The position numbers were made by a program, and so were the translations under genes. The notes under the pieces were generated by a model. The model was given only the letters and a program-made list of their open reading frames with translations. It did no database searches and had not been told where the DNA came from. A stretch of 64,000 nucleotides of DNA, taken from the NCBI GenBank assembly GCA_036785375.1, contig JAWMAR010000152.1, forward strand, positions 2,914,001 to 2,978,000. The letters are read 5' to 3'. This DNA is from Leucoraja ocellata (Eukaryota). Positions 26,846 to 39,437 of the stretch are shown here, one piece after another (position 1 is the stretch's first letter; each line of letters opens with the position of its first letter).

Positions 26846-29296
26846 CTTAAAGAAAGGAGCACCATAAGTTACTGAACAGAATTTTTGGCAGCATGCAAAC
26901 AAAATGGAGTTATAATTTCAGTGACATAAAACAGATGGGAAATGGGAGGAAAATAGAGGATGACTCCTCAGGTGCAAAAGTTAAATATGATTTTTTTTTA
27001 ATTTATGCCAAAGAAAACAACAAAAATAGTTTTTAAAAAATGATAAACATCTACTGATTTGTGGGAAATTAGTCAAATAATAACAAATACAAATACAAAA
27101 TATGACATGACTGATACTGTTAACACTCACAACAACATAATGGCAGGTTTCAGTCTTAGGCCTGCTTATCAATCAAATTCATTAGCAGTCCTATTTCCAC
27201 TCAAAATACAAGGTGGAGCACAACACAGCGAGGCTCTTTACTCATGGTTGGGGAAACAGACTACGCGCACAACATATTACAACAATTATTGCTTCATGTT
27301 CAACACTGAAATTTAATGGCTTTGTCATCTTCAGCCCATGAACGGAGGGAGCAAAACTCAAAAATGATCAGCATTTGGAATTTAAAAAAGATCCTTTTAG
27401 GAAGTGAACTAAAGCTCCCTCAGTGGCTCAGTTGATGCAATCAATGTCTAACAACTATCCAAACCAGTGATTGTGTGCTATTGCTTGCTTATAGTTGGAG
27501 CGGGATAAATGGCCCCTGTGCCCTCAAACCCTAAAAAGACTAAAATAAATACAAGGTAAGGATTTGCTATGAAATAATTTCCCTAATTTTAGTGAGATTT
27601 CAATAACAGCAATTAAAGCATGCACAACTTAGATTTCAAGAAGAAATCTACATTTTCCAAATTGTTATAAAGCTAGAAACTATAAAAATGTATAAAATAT
27701 GAATTAAATTTAGGAAATGCTCAAACTGGTAAAGCTAAGAACGGCACCATGTTCGACTTCCTCAATGATTACCTGTCTTGGCAGATCAACTGTAAGTTAT
27801 CATAAGAGAAAGAGGGTAGTATTTGGCATGGTGACTGCAACAAACATGAGCAACACACCAGATAAAAGCCAATCCTGAGAAATGTTGAGGCAATGCATTT
27901 GGACAAGTACATGACAAATAGCAAAATACAGAGGCATGGAAAAAGAACCTCGAGGAGCATGCCCACTGTTTCCTGAAGGCAGCAGAGTAGTTAATGTGGT
28001 GATTAAGAATGCTCAGAAGATACTTTTCTTTACTGGCCGAGATACAAAAGACAAGGTAAGGTATGGGGAAGGAAAGAAGGACAATGTGCTAGCACTAACA
28101 TAGTTTCAGGAGAAGAACCAAAAGGATTTTGATGGGGCTGGAGAATTTCAGTTGTGAGGAGAGATTGGAAGAGTTTGGATTTAAATTTTGGAAATAAAGT
28201 TTGGATTTAATTGAGGTGAATAAAATTATGACAGGCCTAGACAAAGGCGGACCCAATTTCCTTAGTACAAAAGTCAGTAACTCGGGGACAAAGATTTTTT
28301 GTCAGCTGGTGAAATGACAGCTGGAAAACCTTTCCACCTTGGAAGTAGAGGAGGTCTGGAATACACTTCCTCAAAAGATGACACCAGCAGAAATATTCAA
28401 TTGCATTTAAGTACTACTGGGTAAGTACTGTGTTGTAGCCTTTAATGGTTACAGCTCAAGAGTTGGAAGTGGAATTAGACCACATAGCTATTTTGTTTGG
28501 CTCGCATGGATACCTTGGAATTTCTATGATTCCTTCAGAGTGGAACAAGAGGTGTATACATATCAAGAAGAATGCATTTCAAAGGCTATGTGCGCTATTT
28601 CCCAGGAAGACATCTCAACACTTTCATTCTGAATTAAATCCAATGTCTGCAGACACAAACTTTCACTTGCCAGTGTAACTTATTCCCAGGTCGTGACTTT
28701 ATTTGGAACGTGCTTTGTATGCATACGGTTAAATACTGGATTAACCATCAATTTCTGAAGCAGGAACAAATATGTGAAATATCGCTGCTCAACAACTTCT
28801 TGGGGTAGTAACTAATCAGGTAAAATTGTGACTGAGCTACCCTTGGTTACTAAATAAAGAGTAGATGCAAGTCCGACATTATTAGTCTCGCCATCGGATC
28901 AAATTAATTCTAGTGGAACAACTATACATACATGACTCTTGATTCTAAACCAAAAACAATCTGCCACCCAAAGGAAAAATGTACAAATGAAAGTAGTCAG
29001 TTTGAGACATAAGTTAAAAAGCTCAGCAAGTAAAACAAGGGGGAAAAAAACTACCGTAAAAATTTTGAATAGTTCCCAAATTATTTCCCTACTTAAGACT
29101 TTTCCATTCTCATACACCTTTCAGCTTAAATCTCAGACCAGGTTCTGGATCATAGCTGGAGGTTTTCACGCTACTGTACAGAATACAACAAACCAATCAA
29201 AACGTTCATGAACTATTTCCTATTGAATTGCCCAGCTCCAAAAAACAAGTTTGTCCTGATAAACACAAGATGGCTAGATTAACAATCAAACCAATG

Positions 29297-29400
29297 GGTC
29301 TGAGGATGGGTCTCGACCCGAAAAGTCACCGATTCCTTCTCTCCAGAGATGTTGCCTGTCCCGCTGACTTACTCCGGCTTTTTGTGTCTATCTTCAGTTT
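29297..29400 (+). mobile_element. Short Penelope-derived insertion beginning at the hammerhead motif
   Basis: AAACCAATG at 29288-29296 and 29401-29409; CTGAGGATGGGTCTCGACCCGAAAAGTC. Confidence 0.8.
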
Positions 29401-29978
29401 AAACCAATGACCCCATTATATTTTCAAATTACTAGTTGTTAAAATCTGCTTTTGGAAAAAAGTCTCAGTATCAAAACTAATGATAACGGATAACATAACA
29501 GATAAACCCAACTCCTTGTGGAAGTACTTCTTTCATTATAATTCAGATTGGTTACTTTTGGTAATTTGGTTTTAATTTCCTAAAAGTTTACCCCATTCAA
29601 TACTGGTATCCCAGTGGAACATTTTACCTTCATGTAGGCTGGATTTGCTCATCTTCACATGAATTGCAAAAGAATTTGCAAGCTATTCAGATGGATAACA
29701 ATGCCTAAAAGAAATCCGGCAATAAAGTGAATCTCCACTGACTAAATTATAAAGAATTGAATGGAAGATGGATGTTGTGCCACCATGTCTTTAGGACATT
29801 CACAGGACACCAGTCAACACATTCTATAAAACGCCATCAATAAGTATAATTAGCAGAGTTCCAGATTTACATCTGCAACCTTCTTGTAATCTCAATGTTC
29901 AACTCTCTACCAGACAGGTAGCAAAATAAAATGGGATTTGCCAACAATCTCAAACAGTGAACTGAACTGCTTGTACAT

Positions 29979-30210
29979 CACGAAATGCTAGAGTACATCA
30001 GCGGGACAGGCAGCATCTCTGGAGAGAAGGAATGGGTGGCGTTTCGGATCGAGACCCTTCTTCACCTTCTTTGTCTGTCGAAGGGTCTTGACCCGAAACG
30101 TCACCCATCCCCCCCCTCTCCAGATATCCTGCCTATGCCGCTGAGTTACTCCAGCATTTTGTGATCTACCTTCGATTTAAACCAGCATCTGCAGTTCTTC
30201 CCTACACATC
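29979..30210. mobile_element. Penelope-derived hairpin insertion with 14-bp TSD
   Basis: AACTGCTTGTACAT at 29965-29978 and 30211-30224; two opposed mutated hammerhead cores. Confidence 0.85.
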
Positions 30211-30271
30211 AACTGCTTGTACATTGATTAGCTTGGATGCAATAATATCGACTCCGAAATCTAGCAACGTA

Positions 30272-30443
30272 CAGTGCCCTCCATAATGTTTGGGACAAAG
30301 ACCCATCATTTATTTATTTGCCTCTGTGCTCCACAATTTGAGATTTGTAATAGAAAAAACTTCATGTGGTTAAAGTGGACATTGTCAGATTTTATTAAAG
30401 GCCATTTTTATACATTTTGGTTTTACCATTATGGAGGGCACTG
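30272..30443. mobile_element. 172-bp internally deleted derivative of the same Tc1
   Basis: TA|CAGTGCCCTCCATAATG..ACCATTATGGAGGGCACTG|TA. Confidence 0.92.
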
Positions 30444-31403
30444 TACTTCACTCTGTGCTGATCACAATTATAACCCCCTTATATTAAAAGAAAATCCCAA
30501 ACCTCCTCTGCTGAATGCACCTGACCCTCCCTGACAAAGTCAAAATGGTGCTGACAACTTTAATTCATTTTGAGTGGCCATTACCCAATCAAGCTCTGTA
30601 GCCCATTAATATTAGAGCACATCACAGCCAAGTCCAATGGTGAACTTGCCCAAAAGTCACACGGCACACAGGCGGTAGGGTTGATTGGTGGTGATCAGCT
30701 GCGAGAGGAATGGAACACCACAACTACAACCCATTTGAAATCAGCCAGTTCACCACAGGCAAAGCTTCACATTTTGGATATTTAACGAGCACTCAATTTT
30801 GTGTAATTATCAACTTGGAGAACCATCATAACATTTTTATACTTATACAGGAGACTGAAAAAGCTTTGAACAAACTGCCAAATCAGCTGATAAATAAACG
30901 CTATGGTGCAAAAGAAATCATTGTTTGCACATTTAATACAATGAATGAAATTTGCACCAATAATCAGTGACAAACTTGTGCATGCTCAGTCTACCAATAA
31001 TTGCCAAATGACTCCCATGCCTCAAAACAGTTTTTATATTCAACTCACTACACCTTTACAGCCATACAAATATTTGATTAAGTATGAACTATGACGCAGG
31101 ACAATCTATGTTCACAATTGTTACTTCTGAGATATTTTGTGAATGCAAACTGATTTTGACATGCATTTTACAGACAAAATTTCAGAAGATTTAAGGCAGG
31201 AAAGCAAACAAAAAAAAAATTACGTTCACAATTGCTAAAAAATATTTTTTTTTAGCATTTGACCAGTCACTCGCCGAATAGACTGGTGATGTCACGCAAA
31301 TATCCTCTATGAAAATGCAAGCAGACATACAAGCACCCAGGTACAAACTACTGATGTTAACACGTGAACACGCAAATAGTGGCGAGAGGGTCTGACTGCT
31401 TAC

Positions 31404-31451
31404 CAAAGGGAGAGAGGGAGCTGTCTGCGTGGAAAGGACTGAGATCGAAAC
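31404..31451 (-). CDS. KMT2D: KMT2D small exon (48 nt), candidate cassette exon
   Basis: Long pyrimidine tract, tttttag|GT..TTTG|gtaagc; GFDLSPFHADSSLSPF, phase 1/1. Confidence 0.7.
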
Positions 31452-32424
31452 CTAAAAACCCAAAAGTACAATAAAAACAAAAGGGTAAAAATGAACAGTA
31501 GCAAGAAAAAAGCCATTTACTCTTTCCAACCAAGAGTCCACAACCATCCCTGTGCAACGACACAGCCCATTCACTGTGCACAGACCAAACAAGTTTCATG
31601 ACAAACATCAAAGTGCTACGGAGCATTCCAGGGTCTCTACCGTTATCAGTATGTTAGCCAAAAAACTTACATTCTAGGAATAACTGTAGTCAGTGTAGTT
31701 AACCAAACTGCAAACAGACTAATATACTCATAAATAAATAGACAAGAGCAAATGGGTCCTGGTCTGACATTTACAGTCAAATCATCAGCTGAGTGCACAT
31801 TTACAAAGCCCATAAGTTGATATCCAAGCTGCTGTATTAGCAGTGCAAATAGTAGTCCAAGCTCTACAATCAAATTGATAGAAAGTTGGATGACGATAAC
31901 TGTGGCTATAGCCCAATTCAGGGAATGTTCTTCCTGGAAAAGGGTCAATAGTAATCAACTTAAGTTTTAGAGTTGGAAATAGAAACATCGCAAATAAAGT
32001 GACTTTAAAGCAAGATTAAAAGACTGCAGAAGAAAAATATTAATACACAATATTCAAAAGCAGCATAACTTTACTGTTATAACCACTGTCCTTAAACTAT
32101 TGCCCAGGAGTGATATATTCTAAGACATAATTATAAATGAAATTGTCTTGTTAATTTTCAACAATGGCAATGAAGACGTTTCATTATGCCCTGTCTTTCC
32201 ATAGGTACCCACACCATTTCAATAAAGTAGAATGATACCAAAGAGTAAGCAAGAAGACATAGTCCTCCAGCTCGTTTCTGTGAGCCACAAATAATGGTGA
32301 AAGCAAGGAGCTTGAAAAAGCATGTTAAATGCTGGAAACCAGACCATCGATTTAAAATGAAATAACCGCACCGAAAATCAGACATCGGAGGAAGCTTAAT
32401 TTTTAAGTGCATGCCAATTATTCA

Positions 32425-32910
32425 GTTCCACTCTGACCCCACTGCATTGGCAAAACAAAGCACATCATGAGCTTGAGAAGGAGAACACATCTTTCATGTG
32501 GGCATGTTGCAGCCATCTTGACTCAATATCAGACTCTAGAACTTCAGGAAAGTCTCCGCATCAGAAGTGGTGACTTCTGTTGTAGGGCGGCCTGTAAGAT
32601 TAACCCACTGGGAGTCCCTCCAGCTGGACATGTTTGCAGCTCTTGCATTCCTTTGTTTTATATATATATTCCCTCTCCTTCTCCCTCCTCAACAGGTTCA
32701 CTTAATTAACAGTTTATCTACACCATGATCACACAAGAGATGATCTCTTTTTTCATCCATTCCATCCATTCCAAACCTTCCATTCTCTCTGTAATTTATC
32801 GTTTTCTCTTTTCCCCCAGTTCCGACAATTTCTTTACTCAAAACACGGACTATTATTTGTTCCAAGAAGCAACCTACTGAGTGATTTCAGTATTTTGCAT
32901 TTGTTATCAT
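32425..32910 (+). mobile_element. Highly decayed Penelope-like 3' end
   Basis: Frame-broken LHWQNKAHHELE..HIFHVGMLQP..LNI resembles the peptide at 58727-58878. Confidence 0.5.
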
Positions 32911-35777
32911 TTTAATTGCCATGGGAAAAATTGAAAATTGCATAAAACTAGATTAGATCCTCATTTCTATTTTCTCAAAATTTATAACAATATTTACAAT
33001 GCTTCATAATATAGATTAAATGTAGGAATGCATACTAGTTATTGGATTTCTATCTCTTAAAATATATATTTGCCACTTTCCTGTGGTCCATCTTCAAACA
33101 CTCACGGACATTTCTAATGGCCACATGCCAAGATAGAACAAACTTAGTGGCCTGTTTTTCCCCAAAGCCAATTCCCTCTTGTACAACCTGTAGCAAATGG
33201 TCCAAGCCATACAATCCAAAACATACAATGTGTAACTTCTACGTTCCTCCAGTTAATCAAGGGGCATTTAAGGCTGCCTCAAAGTAACTCCACCTAGACC
33301 AGAAAATGAATGGATAAAATGCCTGACTTTTATTTTAAGAAAAATAAACCTTTAAGCCTGCTCTGTCATTTAATAAGATCATGGCTAAGCTGACTGGCAA
33401 CTTGACTCCACATTCCCATCCACCTTCAGTTACATCTCAGCGCCTTGCTTGTCAAGAATCTATCTCTACCTTCAAAATGTTCAAATATTCTGTGTCTGCT
33501 CCGACCCTGGTGGAAGAGCATTTCAAGGGTTCACGCTCCTCAAAAAAAATCTCTGCATTAAATTAAAAAAATAATAATTTTGAAACCACTCATTTTTTAA
33601 ACAGCGTACAGTTCTACAATTTTTGCCACGAGGAAATATTCTATCCATGTCCACATTCAATACACTAGAATAAAGGCTGGTGAAAGGCAATTAACAGAAG
33701 TTCTAAGTACATCTTCAAAGAAAGACCATTAAACACTTGGAAAGCTTGACTGCGCAAGCTAGCATGAAACATATGATGGGCATTTTTATTTCTTCTATAT
33801 TGATAACAGAATTCAGACTCTGTTTAGTACTCACAAAATCTCCACCTAACACACTCATTTAAAAATTCTTGATATTCCTTTCATGTTTTGTTATTCATCT
33901 AGTCAATCACTAACTCCATCATCATTAACATAAATATCAACTATGAGAAAAACAAAATATCTTTGGCACTTGTTCAAGGCTACAAGGGCAATCTCAGTGC
34001 ATTTACAAGCTTTACAGAATGAAAGGTCATCATTGTGTTATGGGAAGAAATAATTTGAGATTAAAAAGCACATTGATCAGACCAAATGTACCAGAAACAA
34101 AGGATAAGCAAATATACACATGGCTAGTCTGCCCTCAATGTGGAATGGCAACAGATGTTGCAGGAGTCAGCAGGCCCAAGGCCCAATTTCCAGAACCCAA
34201 GGATAGGCTTCAAAATCAAACCACGCCATAAAATGGATTTTAGCCTCACAAGCAAAACTATACCTTCAAGGGACAGAGAATAGAATAGGAAGCAGCAAGT
34301 TCGTGAATACTACATGGACAACGTGCTTTTGAAAATGGGAATGTAGGTGTTTCCTAAAGGCGCATCACATTCCTCAACTCCCTGAGCTTTACCTTCCTCT
34401 GTCCCTCACCTCATCTCTTCCACTTTAGAATTCAACTCTCAACATCTCCACCTTTCCCAGTATTTCTGTTGAATGGTCAATAAATGTACTGCAGGTTAAA
34501 GAGCAGGGAATGCTGAGCAGAGGCAGGGACATATATACTCAATGTCAAGATGATGAACCTGGGATCAGTAAGTAGAAATAGGTGCCGGGTCACACATAAG
34601 CATATTGAGGGAACCAGTCCAAACACTACTACCACAGTCTCCAGTAGCATCTCCTCCTCCCCAGACTCTTCCACAACTGGACTTGTATTCTCCATCTCAA
34701 AGTCCAAACACCTGATCTACAACAACAAATCTGAAGTTCCTCAAACTCATTTTCTGCAGTTATACAATTTTAGAATAGTGAAAATACAGATGATCTTTTA
34801 GCCAATTTGTGGGAACACTAAGCAAAGAGCTTTAAAAAAAAAAAAAAAAAAACGCAATTGGTGGTTATAAAGCTAGAGGTAGCAGAAAGCAAGCAAGAAG
34901 ACCAGTATTACCCCCTCCAAAACAGGTAACGTTGTGAACAGTGCCACCAATTTTGAAATCTATCCGTGAATTGCCAGAGTTAAGCTCATACAATAAGCGC
35001 CTTGTATGGAAACTGAATGTGAAGAACCAATAAAAAGTCATCGCAAAGTGTAATCAAACCAGACATATAGTTACAATGGAAAAGTAGTAGATTTAAGTGA
35101 TGCCTCAGTGATCGCTGCAAATAATGGTAGTGCTGTGGAATTAAATTGGTTTATTTCAGACATCCTATTGTCGACAAGACAGTGCCATTAAAAAAAAAAA
35201 AATAGCACGGTGAAGGTATAACAAAGCTCTTTTCAAACTGTTTCAATATTGTGCTTCTGCACCGACTTAACGAGGTTGTAGTTGAGTCTCCCATGAACAG
35301 GACTGAGAATGTATCTATATTTCCCTGGTCTGCTAGTGCCTTATGATCTACAGAAACTATCCAACCATCTGTAGGGTTTCTATTTGACCAATGTGTGTTA
35401 CATACACTTCCCAAAGGATGCATCCCACTACCCCAAGTTTAGAAAATTTAATATTGGCAGAAATCTGCACATTGTGGAAGGATTCTGTGGTACATTGTTA
35501 CAGTTCAACAGTTTATCATAATTACAATTGTTAAATCGATTGATCATTTATTTAATTTTGAATTCAATTCAAAAGCTTTTGTACTGTACACGTGTTCTCG
35601 TGTTTATAATCTTGAAATCTTATCGGAAGACAACCTGGTTCAGGTTTTACTACAAAGTGCTACCTAAACCCAAACATGAGGTAAATAGAGCTGCAAGAGC
35701 ATTCTGTTTAGATAGTCTACAAAAAGAACAATTAAATATACTACAAAATTAAAGATTTTCTCAACACTTTGACTTAC

Positions 35778-35876
35778 CTATTCCATCTGGCTGAGTTTCT
35801 TCAGGTTTAGGTGGGTCATCTGGAATTGGATCTCCATTATGTTCGATGGGGCCTTGGATTGTCTTTGCATCAGGAA
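35778..35876 (-). CDS. KMT2D: KMT2D exon (99 nt)
   Basis: ttttggcag|TT..ATAG|gtaagt; VPDAKTIQGPIEHNGDPIPDDPPKPEETQPDGI, phase 1/1. Confidence 0.8.
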   Translation of the reverse strand, partial: FLMQRQSKAPSNIMEIQFQMTHLNLKKLSQME

Positions 35877-35899
35877 CTGCCAAAATTAAATGAAAACGG

Positions 35900-36193
35900 T
35901 AGCTTAGTTTAGAGATACAGTGTTGAAACAGGCCGTACAGCCCACCGAGTCCACACCGGCCATCGATCACCCATATACTAGTTCTGTGTCCTACTTACAA
36001 GGGGCAATTGATAGAAGCCAATTAACCTACAAACTTGCATGTCTTTGGAATGTGGGAAGAAACCGGAGCACCCGGAGAAAACCCACGCAGTCACTGGGAG
36101 AATATACAAACTCCACACAGACAGCACCCGGGGTCAGAATCAATCCAGGTCTCTGGCGCTGTGAAGCTCTATTGCCGCGCCACAGTGCCGCCC
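35900..36193 (-). mobile_element. tRNA-derived V-SINE (HE1-like)
   Basis: TTTGGAATGTGGGAAGAAACCGGAGCACCCGG..AAACTCCACACAGACAGCACCCG. Confidence 0.88.
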
Positions 36194-36399
36194 TTCAGTA
36201 ATAGGTATTTAAAAAATGATCTTTAACACCAATCAAGAGGGAAATGAAACTAACTGGAATCTGAAATATTTTCTCCCAATTTGGCAGAACTTTTTATTTG
36301 GTGACCATCAAAGTTGAGGTACTGCATCATTTTGTTTGCATCCTCAGAAGACCGATTAGCATCACCATTTGAGTGATAGGTTGAAGTTGTTAGGATTTA

Positions 36400-37812
36400 C
36401 AGTGCCCTCCATAATGTTTGGGACAAAGACCCATCATTTGCCTCTGTACGCCACAATTTGAGATTTATAATAGAAAAAGTCACATGTGGTTAAAGTACAC
36501 ATCGTCCGATGTTAATAAAGGCTATTTTTATACACAGTGTTTAAGAAGGAACTGCAGATGCTGGAGAATCGAAGGTACACAAAAAAGCTGGAGAAACTCA
36601 GCGGGTGCAGCAGCATCCACATTTCAGGGCACCATCATGTTTGGTACACAGCAATGTCGTGTAAATTAAAGTAGTCATGTTTAGTATTTTGTTGCATGTC
36701 CTTTACATGCAATGACTGCTTGAAGTCTGTGATTCATGGACATCACCAGTTGTTCGGTGTCTTCTCTGGTGATGCTCTGCCAGGCCTGTATTGCAGCATC
36801 TTTAGCTTATGCTTGTTCTGGGGGCTAGTCCCTTTGTTTTCTCTTCCGCGTATAAAAGGCATGCTCAATTGGGTTCAGATCAGGCGATTGACTTGGCCAC
36901 TCAAGAATTGACATTTTTTTAGCCTTGAAAAACTCCTCTGTTGCTTTATTATTTGAGGCATTTGTCTGAACTTGAGCATATAGGATGTGTCTATACACTT
37001 CAGAATGTATTATGCTACTACCATCAGCAGTTGTATCATCAATGAAGATAAGCGAGCCAGTAGCTTCAGCAGCCATACATGCCCAGGTCATAACACCCCC
37101 CCACCCCCACCATAACACCACCACCACAGATGAGGTGGCATGCTTTAGATCTTGGGCAGTTCCTTCTCTCCTCCATACTTTGCTCTTACCATCACTCTGA
37201 TATGTTCATCTTCATCTCATCTGTCCACAAGACTTTTTTCCAGAACTGTGGTTGCTCTTGGCAAAGTACTTCTTGGCAAACCGTCACTTGCAGTTTGCAT
37301 CTTGCAGTGTAGTCTCTGTATTTCTGTTCATGAACTCTTCTGCAGACAGTAGTCATTGACGAATCTGCACCCAACTCCTGAAGAATGTTTCTGATCTGTC
37401 AGACAGGTGTTTGGGGATTTTTCTTTATAATAGAGAGAATGATTCTGTCATCAGCTGTGGAGGTCTTCCTTGGCCTGCCAGTCATTTGTGATTAGTAAGC
37501 TCACCAGTGCTCTCGTTCATCTTAATGATGTTCCAAACAGTTGATTTTGGTAAGCCTAAGGTTTGGCTGATGCCTCTGACAGTTTTATTCTTGTTTCTCA
37601 CTCATAATGGCTTCATTGACTTTCATTGGCACAACCTTGGTTCTCATGTTGATAAACAGCAATACAAGTTTCCAAAGGTGATGGAAAGACTAGAGGAAAG
37701 ACTAGGTGCTGAGAGCTCTCTTATACCTGCATTGAGGAGGCACTTAAACACACCTGAGCAATTACAAACGCCTGTGAAGCTATGCGTCCCAAACATTATG
37801 GTGCCTTGAAAT

Positions 37813-37845
<33 letters not shown>

Positions 37846-38038
37846 GAAACTATGTCTTAACACAGCTGTAATTTCTACATGGTGAAACCAAAATGTATAA
37901 AAATGGCCTTTAATAAAATCTGACAATGTGCACTTTAACCACATGTGATTTTTTTTCTATTACATATCTCAAATTGTGGAGTACAGAGGCAAATAAATAA
38001 ATGATGGGTCTTTGTCCCAAACATTATGAAGGGCACTG
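36400..38038 (-). mobile_element. Second copy of the same Tc1 family, opposite orientation, degraded transposase
   Basis: TA|CAGTGCCCTCCATAATGTTTGGGAC ... GTCCCAAACATTATGAAGGGCACTG|TA; minus-strand fragments FWKKVLWTDE and WPSQSPDLNPIEHAF. Confidence 0.95.
36535..36618 (-). mobile_element. Penelope terminal fragment nested in a Tc1 TIR
   Basis: TTTAAGAAGGAACTGCAGATGCTGGAGAATCGAAGGTACAC..CAGCAGCATC, reverse complement of the 59050-59124 unit. Confidence 0.8.
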
Positions 38039-39265
38039 TATTTACTTAGAAGATACCATGGTTGTATTTATCATTCAAGCTGATGAAAGATTATCAACCT
38101 GAAATGTTTATTCCGTTTCTCTCTCCGCAGAAGGTCCTTGATCTGCTGAATATTTCTTGTATTCTGTGTTTTTATTTTATTTTAAAACCTGCGGTTCTTT
38201 GCTTTGAAGCAATATATCAAGTCCCATAAAAGTGGCACCAATCAGGTGAACAATTCCAAAATAGGTGATGCTGAGCTTTTGTAGTGGTGTTGCGGCTGTA
38301 CATGCGCAAGTCAATAATCAATATTGCTTTTTCCAAACAAACTACAATTTTGTGGAATCTTATGGATGATGGGAAGGCTTTGAGGAGTAAAAACACTGTC
38401 TCACTCTTTTTAAAATATGAAGCTTCTGTCCTGGTCTAATATATGGGCCATCCAAAAACAAAACTCAAGAACGGTAGTGCCCTTGACGATTTCGGGGGAA
38501 ATAGCTGGAAACTCTTAAGATGGTCATTGCACCAAACAGTGAAATAGTGCAAATGTTATCTGCAAATGCACAAGGGCTTCATAATCAGATGAACTGCTCT
38601 CATCAGTGAAGAGTCCCACTCATAATTTTATAATAAGGGAAAATCATCAATGATGATTAGGCCTAGAATATTTCCCTATGAAATACCAGCAGAAATTGCT
38701 CTGGGGACAGTAATTGGCTTCTAGCAATACCTCCCTGCAAATCGAAAATGGTGGATCATTTTCGCTTGAATCCAGTTTTGCTAAAACTCAAATACTGCCT
38801 TCATACAGGGCCAGCTAGCCTATACTCTCGTTCAGTATTCAAGCTATTGCATTCACATGTGGAGCCACATAGTTGTGGCAACAGAACAATAAATAGATTA
38901 TTGATAAGACAGTATTAATTGATGAGACTGCTGTTAAGTACATTCAATTGATAATTAGAAAGTCAAAATAGTAATTGTCTGTTTTAGATTGATCATTTTT
39001 TCGGTTTTGTTCTAAATGAACATCTTGGGAAATAACCAGTCCAAAAGGTTCTGAAATGCAGTCCACTTGCTTACCATTAACATACTGAATTTGATCACTG
39101 AATGGAACAACACCGAGTTGACATTGAACTGTTAGTCAGTTGTTTCAAAAGGAGGCCCAAATCCAAAATTCTAACATTTTACAATTGTTGATCTTTTACT
39201 ATTCATGGTAATATCCAGAATTGAAATATATTCACAATTAGCAAGTACTGTTGCCAAGCCCTCAC

Positions 39266-39437
39266 CCCTCTCCAGGACTCCATCACGTTTTTCATCTGTT
39301 GGGTCCTTCTGCTGAGGTGCTGGCTCCGATTGAGAGGTGCCTTGTGGAAATTCAGTGCTTTCACTGTCAGAGAAACCCTCTGAGCTGAGGCAAACTTTCC
39401 GACTGCTGTCCAGCAGTGACTTTCCAAAGAACGCTTC
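39266..39437 (-). CDS. KMT2D: KMT2D exon (172 nt)
   Basis: EAFFGKSLLDSSRK..GVLER; continues FPAYLQ|EAFFGK. Confidence 0.9.

Noticed and set aside
27773-27789. Possible 17-nt microexon (cag|TTGATCTGCCAAGACAG|gtaatc)
   Set aside because: Frameshifting with no homology; a poison exon cannot be supported without transcripts
38080-38108. CTGATGA..GAAATGTT hammerhead-like motif
   Set aside because: Stem II does not pair; a decayed remnant of an older Penelope-type end, not a credible ribozyme
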